Source: Catajapyx aquilonaris
Taxonomy: Eukaryota
DNA length: 20,000 nucleotides
Reading direction: 5' to 3'
NCBI GenBank assembly: GCA_000934665.2
Contig: JYFJ02001725.1
Span: forward strand, 52,156 to 72,155
Shown here in pieces: positions 1 through 9,749 of this stretch. The notes below the pieces were generated by a model. The model did not search any database and was not told the origin of the DNA. It saw only the letters and a list, made by a program, of their open reading frames with translations. A program made the position numbers and the translations under genes. Within the stretch, counting starts at the first letter, position 1. Each line of letters opens with the position of its first letter.

Positions 1-1
1 A

Positions 2-54
<53 letters not shown>

Positions 55-66
55 AACAACAACAAC
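1..66. repeat. (AAT)n microsatellite followed by short (AAC)n; 3' tail/flank of RTE relic
   Basis: Perfect AAT repeat at 2-52, then about four AAC units to 66; the tract runs off the window start. Confidence 0.95.
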
Positions 67-560
67 ATCACGACATTTCCCTACGAGGGGTAGTCAGCGA
101 TGAAGCGAGACGCAAGCTAACCCAACATATGAACTAATAAAACTCATGAGAATAAACCTAAAAACAACCTGTCCCACCCCCCACCCCTGCCCACCTCAGA
201 CATCACCTTATTCTCAGACATATTTACCTATTATCTATTAATTAACATACGGCATTTACACCTATCCAAACAAACAACCCTAGCCTCAGCCACGTCCATG
301 GTCCTATTGACACAAGAACGTCTCGGCTTAACACTAGCAACACCCTTAAGACCCTGACCCACCTGGTCCAACCATGTCTTCCTAGGCCTACCCTTGCCCC
401 TCTTACCAACTACTCCACCCAAATAAACCTTCTTCACAATCTCCTCCTCCTTCATCCTCTCCACATGGCCAAACCACCTTAGAGTAGACCTACACACCTT
501 ATCTTTAACAGTCTCCTTAACATTACACCTCTCCAAAATCTCCTCATTCCTAATCCTATC
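53..560 (-). mobile_element. 5'-truncated RTE-clade non-LTR retrotransposon remnant (post-RT C-terminus plus 3' end)
   Basis: Translation DRIRNEEILERC...LRWFGHVERM...VKKVY...GKRGKGRPRKTW matches the typical RTE C-terminal region (LRWFGHV, GRPRKRW motifs). It ends in a (GTT)n/(ATT)n tail. The poly-Ile start of ORF 231..722 is only microsatellite. Confidence 0.85.

Positions 561-623
<63 letters not shown>
561..623. repeat. (AAT)21 microsatellite
   Basis: Perfect AAT run directly abutting the 5' truncation point of the RTE fragment. Confidence 0.97.
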
Positions 624-624
<1 letters not shown>

Positions 625-830
625 TATTTATTCTGCTTGGGAGAATCCCATATGCAGAGGGAGAAGCACCCCTTAATTATAATACAATTATTACAAATAA
701 TGTATCTGTCCCTCCAATACACTTAACAACCATAAACCGTCGAGGATATGCTAATCTAGGTGGGAAGCAAAAAGAAAAAAGAAAAGAAAAAAGTGGAAAT
801 AGAAGGAACTGGAAGGAAATAGCAACTTAC

Positions 831-1312
831 CCTTATCACCATATTTTTGCATTGGCAGCAGTCTCCCAGAAGCCCCTCATAACATGATTTCAGGTATGGC
901 TCCATCTCAGCCAAAGTCGAGATTGAGAGATGCAAGCCACGCTTATCCTGGAGAAGCCATCTATCCTCAACAAGTTTCTTAATGCATGCATCAACTTCCG
1001 ACATCGTCATAGTGAAATCTTTGTCCTTGGATACAGCGTTCATCACATCAATGGCAGTAATTTCTCTTCCATTCTTGTACTGTGCTTCCACAATCATATC
1101 AATGATCTTCTTGTATACATTATGTTCATGGGTATCGTAAACTTCATGCGAGAGGGCTGTCGGGTTGTTCATCTCCGTGTACACTAAACAATAGTGTAAA
1201 ATGCCAGTAACCTCGCATGTTGCCTTTTTAATCAACAGCAGCTGGAATTTTATGCGGGTGTTGATGAGGCTTACGCATGCCTGCAGTTCTTCCTGGGGGT
1301 TTACAACCACTA
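831..1312 (-). CDS. NSMCE1: NSMCE1/Nse1 coding exon 2 (winged-helix region and first half of RING)
   Basis: Acceptor tttgtttctag| at 1313, donor |gtaagt at 830; 482 nt, phase 1 in and phase 0 out. Peptide ...KKLVEDRWLLQDKRGLHLSISTLAEMEPYLKSCYEGLLGDCCQCKNMVIR parallels vertebrate Nse1 (KFVQNKWL...AILEMEQYI...ICNICHSLLIQ, recalled). The remaining RING exon is not in the window. Confidence 0.9.
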
Positions 1313-2621
1313 CTAGAAACAAAACAGAGAAAAAACGTTATGTGAATAACTTCTGCTATGTATGAGACCACCCATTATACCACCATTACCCATAATGATT
1401 ATAATGTGACAGGTGAAGGAACCAGTCTGAATTGAAAAGTGATCTGGCATTTTGGTGAAAACCTTTGTGCTGGTGCACATAGGCCGCTTTTTGTTGCAGA
1501 TGTGCTTTTGGAAATAAAAAGGATTGAATGAGAGCATTCACACATGGTCACAGCAGCTTGGCAAGGGTTCTTGAAATCCGGGGAGTTTTCGGCATTTAAG
1601 AGTTGACCTCTGCCCCACAAAAAGGGGTCACCAGGTCATTTTGAGCAGGTCACTTTAGGTGCATTTTTCATCCCTTGGGGTGGCCTACCAATGTACCGAA
1701 TTTCAAGAAAATCGGCGAGACCTTGGAAAGTGTCCCTTGTGAGTTCAAGAGGTCATAACTTTTGACCTTGTGGGCATCCGCCTAAATTGTTTGCATTTTC
1801 TTTAATAACTTCCTGCCTATATTATTGTTCCAAGTTTCATTCAGAAACTCCACGGACAACACTTACCTTTCCCTTGTCAATGGCAGGTCCGAGCGTCTGC
1901 AGAGTCTAGTGGGAACTCAAGGCCACAGGACCCTAGGTTTTGGACCATTACTTTTCAGCGGTGCATGCGCACAGAGCCACAGCCACAAGCCATTGACGCC
2001 ACAGATCCAGTCATATGTCCATGCTTGTTCACCATGCCATGAGGAAATGGCAATTTCAGCAATTTACCACCAAGGATTGTGCAATTAGTCAAGAAAATTA
2101 ATGTCAAAGACTTGATGTCCGAATTCGAGGCCCATCCCACTATTTAGGAAGCATCAGTTGCCGAAAATACCAAAAAACATTTTACCATCTTGCCTCAGAT
2201 CTTCGTATAGTACTGTACATGGTACAAGTCCTTTCGACGACCTTTCAAGCAATAAAGGATGAACATGAATTTTCCTGTTTTGTATGGAAGCCCAGAAGTG
2301 CAACCTCCTCCTTCTAGAACTACTCTTTGCCAGTTGGCCACTCCTCTTGCGCAGCAAACCACTCCTCTTTGTGGGGTGGTGGCTGTGTGATCACTGTTAC
2401 TCAACGTAGTAGTTCTCACAGACTAGAGAACAGAATAGTCATATGTAGAATGCAGAGATAGGGCTGATTCTTCATCTTTCCTTGTCCTACTATTAACATT
2501 AATCCCTTCGGTACCAAATCTAGGCGATGAGATTCGCTTCTGTTCAACTTGCATGCACTCTGAAGATACGGACAAGATATTTTACAACTAATAACAGCTA
2601 TACTTACACGTTCATGCTGTA

Positions 2622-2748
2622 CTATCGGGTTCAAATAGTTCCGGCCACTTTATCCTGGTCTTGAAGCAACCCTTCGCAGGAAGTGTGAGAGTGTGAAGGG
2701 TTGCTTCAAGACCAGGATAAAGTGGCCAGAACTATTTGAACCCGATAG
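2622..2748. mobile_element. 127-bp palindromic MITE with TA TSD (Tc1/mariner-type), nested in piggyBac-like MITE
   Basis: 54-bp arms (2622-2675 and 2695-2748) with one mismatch, flanked by TA at 2620-2621 and 2749-2750. Removing it restores colinearity with the opposite arm of the host element. Confidence 0.85.
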
Positions 2749-2820
2749 TACACTATGAATATGCTGGAACAATTTTCCGCTTCTAGAAGTCGCAAAATTA
2801 ATTTCCAAAAATATCGCCGT

Positions 2821-3074
2821 AACAATTATAATTATAATGGGTGTAGTGCATACCCTCACCAAGGTTTCGCACAGACCTTTATTTTCCTCATCAAGGATAT
2901 ACCGTATTTGTCTCGACGAAGTGCCTGGGTCCGCGAGCAAGGGCACCGGAGAAGAAGCCAGAGATGACCCCGAACTCTGCACGAGATGAAGGGGGAATGC
3001 CCGGGCTTGGGGTCAAACGCGGGACCCTTACATCCGTGGGCGCATACGTTACCACAGTGCCACTCTACCTCCCC
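2821..3074 (-). mobile_element. tRNA-derived SINE (family of the 10970-11323 copy; internally shorter)
   Basis: 2955-3074 closely matches 11198-11320 (gaactctgcacgagatgaaggggga...ccgtgggcgcatacgttaccacag). Degenerate A/B boxes on the minus strand and an AT-rich tail near 2821-2838. Confidence 0.8.
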
Positions 3075-4085
3075 TTAGCTGATTTAATTATGAAATACGC
3101 TAAAATATACGGCATAACAACCTTGAGAATTGCGCTCTGATGAATCTGCTGACACTGTCATATTTGTGTGAATTAATCAATTTTGGAGTTTTCCGAAGTG
3201 AGAGGCAAGCCGCAGTAGTATTAATTTAATTCTCACGAATTACGACGATTTTGTCAGAAATGTCAAAGCACGAATCTCAAGGTTGTTGTTCTGTATATTT
3301 TAACATATTACATAATTAAATCAGCCAAACTGTTGGTTGGCAGTACTCGAATTTCGACAGCGATATTTTTGGAAATTAATTTAGGGACTTCTATGGGAGG
3401 GAAATTGTTTCCAACACATTCATAGTATTTTCCACGAACGGATAAATATAGCTGTTATTATTTGTAAAATATTGAGGCTGTATCTTCAGTGCACGCGTGA
3501 TCGGAAAACTAGGCGATGGTACTGTGTGGTCGAGTGCTCATCGCCTCGATTCTAGGTGGCTGGTAGTGAAGGGGTTAATGTGAGCTAATGTCATATAAAC
3601 ATACGGGGGCTCTCTGAACCTGATTTTTTTTTTAAATTCTGAAAAATATAAAGGCCTAATTTATTCAGAAAGAATCATTTCTTGGTCCAGCCCACACCCC
3701 TTCTTATTTTCACACCAACAGGTCAAGGGTGTCTGCCAGCTCCAATTTCAGTTCTGCCACATGATAAGGAGGCTGCCATTACAGCTGCTAAGTCAGGAGT
3801 GGGATATCAGGAGTCAACCCAGAGCACGGTCTTAGACCCAGAGTCACAGTTGTTTTTTTTGGGTATGTGCCACTTATAATGCCAACAGAATTTAGGAGGC
3901 ACAAATATTTTACTTTTGCTGTTGACGTAAGATGGTAATATAAAACCTACATGGGGTCTTAAAAGTTTTTCAAGTGAAACATGGCTAAATGACGTTTCAT
4001 ACTGAGAGGTAACAATACCGAAGGACCTGCTTGTCATGCCCAGGGAAAGAAGATGAGGATTTCCAGGAATCTACAAGGTCACTAT

Positions 4086-4357
4086 AATAATAATAATAAT
4101 AATGGATACCCCATGATAGGCCTCCTCGAGCCTCTTTAAGGATCATCTTTTCAATTGACCGTCTTTATTCATTGCCTGGCATGTGATGGATTTTGATAGT
4201 GGGAGGACCCCACGAAAACCCACGCGAACACGGAGAGAACCCATCGAAACTCTATCCACATATGACATAAGTGTCCTCTGTCCGACCTAGGGATCGAACT
4301 CGGGACCTCAGAGGTGACAGGCTGTGGCGCTAACCACTACGCCACTGTGTCACCCTG
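4086..4357 (-). mobile_element. tRNA-derived SINE with V-domain-like core and (ATT)n tail
   Basis: 14-bp TSD tacaaggtcactat (4072-4085 and 4358-4371). Minus-strand A box tggcgtagtgg and B box gagttcgatcc. Core ttctctccgtgttcgcgtgggtttt. (ATT)n tail at 4086-4103. Confidence 0.9.
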
Positions 4358-4556
4358 TACAAGGTCACTATTCTTTAGGGAACAGAATTTATGGCAGGAC
4401 TATGTATACATGGTTGTACGTGATTTTCACACACCATTGGCTGGCACTTCCACTGGAAAGCAAGCCAGTGTTCTCAGAAATGATCATGTGCAGTCCTGAC
4501 ATGCATGTAATAATTGGCTACACCCAAAATGGGTTTCATAAATAATGCCACATATA

Positions 4557-5031
4557 CAGGGTGTCCCTTACTAGTCGCCCTTCTGTCCGGCAGTGCACTA
4601 ATTGGCCCAAAACAAGTCGTAAATGTAGGGAGGAGAAATGTCGAGGCAGTAACTGATAACAAGATACACGATGATCAAGATGAGGTCGCCCCTAAGACAA
4701 TCGCGGCCACCCACATCCACCCACCGGCTTTTGTGTGGGAGGCGCGGCAATGGCTTTAGCAAGGTCGCCTCATGCTCAGCGTGCAATGTTGGGTTCATAT
4801 CCTGCCCCCTAGGCAACCCCTACAAGTGAGGGAGTGGAACCGATTGCTGCTCCTCCCGCACAACAGCCGGTGGGTGGGTGGCCGCGATTGTCTTAGGGGT
4901 GACCTCATCTTGATCTTAGTTTATCTTGTTACCAGTTACTGCCTCGACATTTCTCCTCCCTACATTTACAACTTGTTTTGGGCCAATTAGTGCACTGCCA
5001 GACGGAAGGGCGACTAGTACGGGACACCCTG
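4557..5031. mobile_element. Tc1/mariner-type foldback MITE, 475 bp, about 190-bp inverted arms
   Basis: TA|CAGGGTGTCCC...GGGACACCCTG|TA. 4557-4753 is a close reverse complement of 4840-5031, which explains the mirrored ORFs in the track. Confidence 0.9.
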
Positions 5032-5074
5032 TATGCCACAGCTGTTGCCATAATTTGGTGTGTGCAATACGAAC

Positions 5075-5189
5075 CTCCTTGGTTGATGCAGAGCTGCTTG
5101 TAGATATCCAGGGCCTCGGTAGCAGGGACGCAATTTCGGGCCAGCATAATCTGAATGAAACCCCGATGCACGTTCGTGTAGTCTCCCAT
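5075..5189 (-). CDS. NSMCE1: NSMCE1/Nse1 first coding exon
   Basis: MGDYTNVHRGFIQIMLARNCV... resembles the Nse1 N-terminus (MTDVHRRFLQLLM, recalled). 115 nt ending gga g|gttcgt, phase 1, splices in frame to the exon at 1312. Confidence 0.85.
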
Positions 5190-5226
5190 TGTCGCAGGTT
5201 GTGACGGGCCGACTTTCTACCAAAAA

Positions 5227-5480
5227 CTGCAACGAAGAACACAATCCCGTTTTTGTTAGTCAGAGTTCGTCGTCGTCCTGCTTCCACCAACATACATGCT
5301 CAAGTCGAGTGCGCTACACCCACCTCCTGGGCTCGTGTTCGGACCTTGATGCCTCGGTCCCTCGGAAAACCGACGACCCACAGACCAGCTGTGAGAATAA
5401 ACACGCAGACGACCGCCAAACGGCCACACACTGAGAGAGAGCAGACACGCCCGCGTAATACGACGACTGTTTGTTAGTAT
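5227..5480 (-). promoter_or_regulatory. Putative NSMCE1 promoter, 5'UTR exon and short 5'UTR intron
   Basis: CpG-rich stretch. TCAGT initiator-like motif at 5434-5430 (minus). Candidate donor gag|gtgggt (5323), ctaac branch point and ttcttcgttgcag| acceptor (5227), giving a 97-bp intron. Motif-based inference only. Confidence 0.45.
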
Positions 5481-6057
5481 GACATCCCCCCGTTCCTTTT
5501 TACAGCGCCATTCGAGATATAAAGGCGCAATTATTGAACTTTTTATGCTTTGAAAATACAGAGATTTACTGAGCGGAATAAACATCATGGTATCTCTATT
5601 TATGTGTCTAAGACCGCATGCCCTAAGACCTTGGTCTAAGACGAGTGGATATCTGTGGTGGTCTGGTGGTCTGGTGCACGTCTGGTGGAAAGGTGAAAAT
5701 AATTAATATACACCTTCCCTCTAGCGGGAGGTAGTCCAAGTACCAAGTACTGTGTATACAGCCGAATCCGTGAGGCCAATGCCACCAATGCTCTGAAACT
5801 AGATGCCAGCCAGGCAGCCAACAGACGCGATTGGTAATTGGTTACTTCGGAGCTCGGAGCTCCGAAGTAGCCAATTGCGAGCCGAGTTGATACGATCCAG
5901 TTGGCCTTTGACCCGAAGCATATGTGGTGTAGGCTCGGCGACTGTTCCAGACTTGTCAGATTTCTGTCATTTTCTCTAACCGTAGTGAAGAAGATCACAC
6001 CACTGCACTGATCACACCTACAATCACGCCTACAATACAGTACACTACGAGGCAGGA

Positions 6058-6620
6058 GGGCAATAATTCCACGTTAGATCGCCAAAATAATAGCTAGATT
6101 CACACCCGCTATTTTTTAATGAAAGCGAAAATTGGAATGTCAACTCACACCACAATATGGAAATATTAGATAAATATATTAGTGCCTCATGGGGTCAACA
6201 GTTCACAAGTTACAAGCACTAAGCACATGAAAAATTCCAAAAACCTAATAATGCAAGTGTTTCATGTTGTTACTTATCACATCTTGATAATTATTTTAGT
6301 AGGCCTACTACAATTGTGGGAAAGGGAGTTACTATGCAAGATATATCTTATAAACCTTTAAAAATACTTTTGAAGTCAATTTTATTTGAGGTCGAAGTGC
6401 ATGACCTGTGACCTTTCAAAATCAGTATTTATAGAAAATTACCAAAAATGGTAAAACGTTACTGCAGATATAAGTTCACTATGTCCTTAAATTTCAACGG
6501 ACTAATTAGTTTAGTTTTTGAGAGGAAAAATCCAATCTGTATAAGAATGGACCGCCATCCTACCAACTGACCTCCAGTTTTGAGTGTCTCGGAGGCTGCA
6601 CAACACTCTTCCATACCTTC
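6058..6620 (+). repeat. Dispersed repeat copy 1 (probable DNA-transposon derivative; right end unresolved)
   Basis: Colinear, diverged match to 19436-19985 (ggggtcaaYagttcacaagttacaagca, tgaaaaattccaaaaacc, actgacctccagtWttgagtg). Confidence 0.75.
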
Positions 6621-8210
6621 CATACGCTCCATACTATCAATAGAAAGCCAGGTATAATATTACACTAAGATATGATCTGCAGCATAAGTTTCTGACTATA
6701 AAACACATTACATGGGAGTAGATCGTTCATGTATTAATATGCGAGGAATATATTGTTCAAAAAAACCAATTTCGCTAAAATTTTATGCTCATTTTGATCA
6801 ATTTGTGAGAAGTTGTTTACCATAATAAGAAGTTACATGTCACCGTTTTTCTCCCACCTGTTACTATGATGATTGAGAAAAATGGCAGCAGAATTTTTTT
6901 GTTTTATCTTTTTAATCGTTAATTTTACGTATGAAAAATATATCCGTTGAAACTTAAAGAGAATTAAATTTTGCATAAAAATTGCATTAACAATATTATG
7001 ACAAAACTGTAACCGTTTCTCGTCAACATAACGAGAGGACAACATTCGTTACTACCCTTGTCTAACCTACAATTTCCAAGAGATGAACATGATTTACAAC
7101 TGGCATGCCTTTCTTTCTTCATCATATTATTAAGTATGTGAATGAAACCTTATATTTTGTGCTGTTCAAGTTATACCTGAAAATTAAAATACAGAGTTAA
7201 AATGTAATTTTAACAAAATAATATTTGGCACAGACATGGTGGTGTATGTTTTGCAAAACATGGTGGATTGCTATGCATTCCCATCAAACATGCTTACAAC
7301 GTTACTAAATACACGCCAAGATCTACAACTAGGTATGCTCATGCACCACTGCAGCAAAATAACCACATTTAGTTTCGCCACATTTGGGAGGGATTGTATC
7401 AGGCAAGTTTCAACTACGGATACCAAGCAGGACCTCAACACCAAGTTGTTAATAATTGATATAAAAATTGAACAGTAAAGAAACAAATTGGAAGATTTCA
7501 AGTGAAGTCAAGTCATCTCCTGCTGCCGCTACTTGTCATGAAGTTTGAGTCGAGCATCTATACTGTATGATGTTTTTTCAATGTCTTGCACATGAAAATA
7601 GTAAAATTCAGTTACCATGTTAATATTTCACTGCACAGGGCAGAGAATTTTGTGACCTGAAACCCAGCATTGGTCTTCCTCTGGAGGCCATCAGCAATAG
7701 AGTTATGAACATCCTCTTGGTGCATCATATTGACATAGTAGTCCTCAACCTCACTATATGCATCAGAAAATCCTAACGACACCTTCTGCAACTCATGCCA
7801 CAAACGATACAAGGATTCATAGTGGTGTGGAGAGATAATTTTTATGGAATCTTCACTCACTCAGTGTCAGTTGAAAGAAATAATGGCTATCTAAATATGG
7901 ATTTAGTCATGGAATGGATTCAATGTTTGGATGGGGCTGATTTGAATAGGGTAAACCTTACAGTGATGGCCCACTGCTTCCTGGTTCTTTAAGAAATAAG
8001 CCGTGTAAATGCCATAACATGAAGAAGTGATCATGTTGTGACACCTGTGACCTTTGGCTTGAACTCGGTCGAAAATCTGTCCGCAGAGGTCACTGCAAGA
8101 GCAGTAATGGCACCTCACAAACAGACCTGCTGTTCATGTAGGATAAACCACACAGTGACGGCCAGATTCTACAATCTGCATGCTCTTGTGGCTTTATCTT
8201 GTGTCAGTTA

Positions 8211-8927
8211 GGCTGGGTTCACACTAGGCGTTTTTGTCGCGCGACAAAAACGCCGCGACAAGTCGCTCAAAACAGAACACATGCAAACTTATGGGGCATG
8301 ACACACCACGACTTCTTTCCTGCTTGGTCGTCGCAAAACGCAGCATGCTGCGTTTTTGCTGCCGCTACAAAAACGCAGCGACGAAGTCGCTGAAAACTGA
8401 ACACATGGTAATCAGTTGGGGCAGACACACCTGGCGACAAAGTCGCGTGAAAAGTGTTTAATTTTGACTATTGTGGAACGGTAGTTGCTAAGGGTCAGGT
8501 TGGCAACGCTGCTCGGGTTGCATCAGTAGGGGAAGCAAAACGCGCGACAAAAACGCCAAGTGTGAACCAAAGAGTTCTGCTATATTATATATACACCTAG
8601 AGGAGGTACTCGGCCTGAAATGTGAGGCAGGCAACAATATTACCTCCAACAAGATGGCGGACGCCTGACATTATTTGAACTAATTGTCGCCCAGTTGTCA
8701 TTATTGGTTGTTGTCCCAGTTGCTAGACAACTGTTAGAACAACAATATTACCTCCAACAAGATGGCGGCTACCTCAGCCTGTCTAATGGAAAAGGATAGG
8801 GAGTACCTCCTCTAGGTATTATATAATATAATAGCAGAACTCTTTGGTGTGAACCTCGTGAGGCGTCAGCGACGAAAACGCGGCAACAAAGTCGCAGTCG
8901 ACAAAAACGCCTAGTGTGAACCCAGCC
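8211..8927. mobile_element. PIF/Harbinger (Tourist-like) MITE
   Basis: Perfect 29-bp TIR ggctgggttcacactaggcgtttttgtcg (8211-8239 and 8899-8927), TTA TSD (8208-8210 and 8928-8930), repeated internal gcgacaa/aaaacgc motifs. Confidence 0.9.
8568..8846. mobile_element. 279-bp MITE with 8-bp TSD (P-element- or hAT-like), nested in Harbinger MITE
   Basis: TSD gtgtgaac (8560-8567 and 8847-8854). TIR caaagagttctgctat...acctagaggaggtactc and its complement. Internal 29-bp direct repeat at 8632-8660 and 8740-8768. Confidence 0.85.
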
Positions 8928-9749
8928 TTAGGCCTACGGACCTAATACCAATGGTCCATAGACTCCATACTATCCTTAGCTTCCTAATCTAGATAGCCCA
9001 TTGGTTTTCTGCCATGACCATCACTATCTTGGCACCTGGCCATTATTATTTGCAATGGTGGCCATTACTTCCTGTTAGGCAGTATATTTTGTGCATTTAA
9101 ATATACGTACATATTCTGACAGATTTAAATAAATTTGATGGTATGTGAACGGGCAAATCCTGTTATTAGATAAACATTTCAGAAAATTTATGCAGAAAGA
9201 AATTCTGAGGATATTCATGTATTACTCAGACCAATACTCTAAACAGGCTATCACTATGCGGTTTACCCTACCTGCTTTAAAAAAATTAAGCAACATATTC
9301 TTTCCTATTAAGCACTGGTGATATGCCAAAAATTGTGCTATGAATTTTTTAAGATGTTGCAGTAATTTGAGCAATGATATAGCACAAACCACTCACGTTG
9401 TGTACAAAATCATTTGTTTGTCACTTCTTGGTCTCCTACTATAATAATTTCAGTTATTATTGCATGATTAGGATTTTGAGAGTGGCAGATTATTTAAGTA
9501 TGGTTAGGTTCACTTAACTGAATGTCAAGATATTTTCAATGTTCTCCCTTGATACAGGTATTTAAGAATATAATGGCAACAGTTAAAATCAATGGACAGT
9601 AATTTATGCAGTTGTTTCTACAGGGCAGGTATATTTTTTAAGGTGTCCATGGCAGCCCAACTTACAATGACTTGACCACAGAAACACCCTTTTTATTACT
9701 TTCCAAGGTCACAAGATGATTTCTTCAGGTATTGTGCTCCTGCGTGTTT

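Larger units (their letters stand above)
2503..3574. mobile_element. piggyBac-like long-TIR foldback MITE, degenerate, host to two insertions
   Basis: TTAA|tccctt... at 2499-2508 and ...aagggg|TTAA at 3569-3578. Left arm (2503-2818, 3078-3180) is the diverged reverse complement of 3220-3574, with its centre near 3200. Confidence 0.7.

Noticed and set aside
231..722. 163-aa ORF with poly-Ile as a membrane protein
   Set aside because: The poly-Ile is the (ATT)21 microsatellite fused by chance to an RTE relic.
1590..2150. Possible decayed DNA-transposon sequence rich in gacc/ggtc motifs
   Set aside because: No termini, TSD or second copy in the window.
4290..4357. tRNA genes here and at 10057-10140 and 11240-11320
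   Set aside because: A/B boxes are present but followed by SINE bodies, tails and TSDs; no convincing cloverleaf.
4474..5293. Cluster of overlapping mirrored ORFs
   Set aside because: Artefact of the palindromic MITE 4557-5031; only 5189-5075 is supported as coding.
5518..5524. Plus-strand TATAAAG as a divergent promoter
   Set aside because: No initiator at the expected spacing and no supported downstream plus-strand gene.
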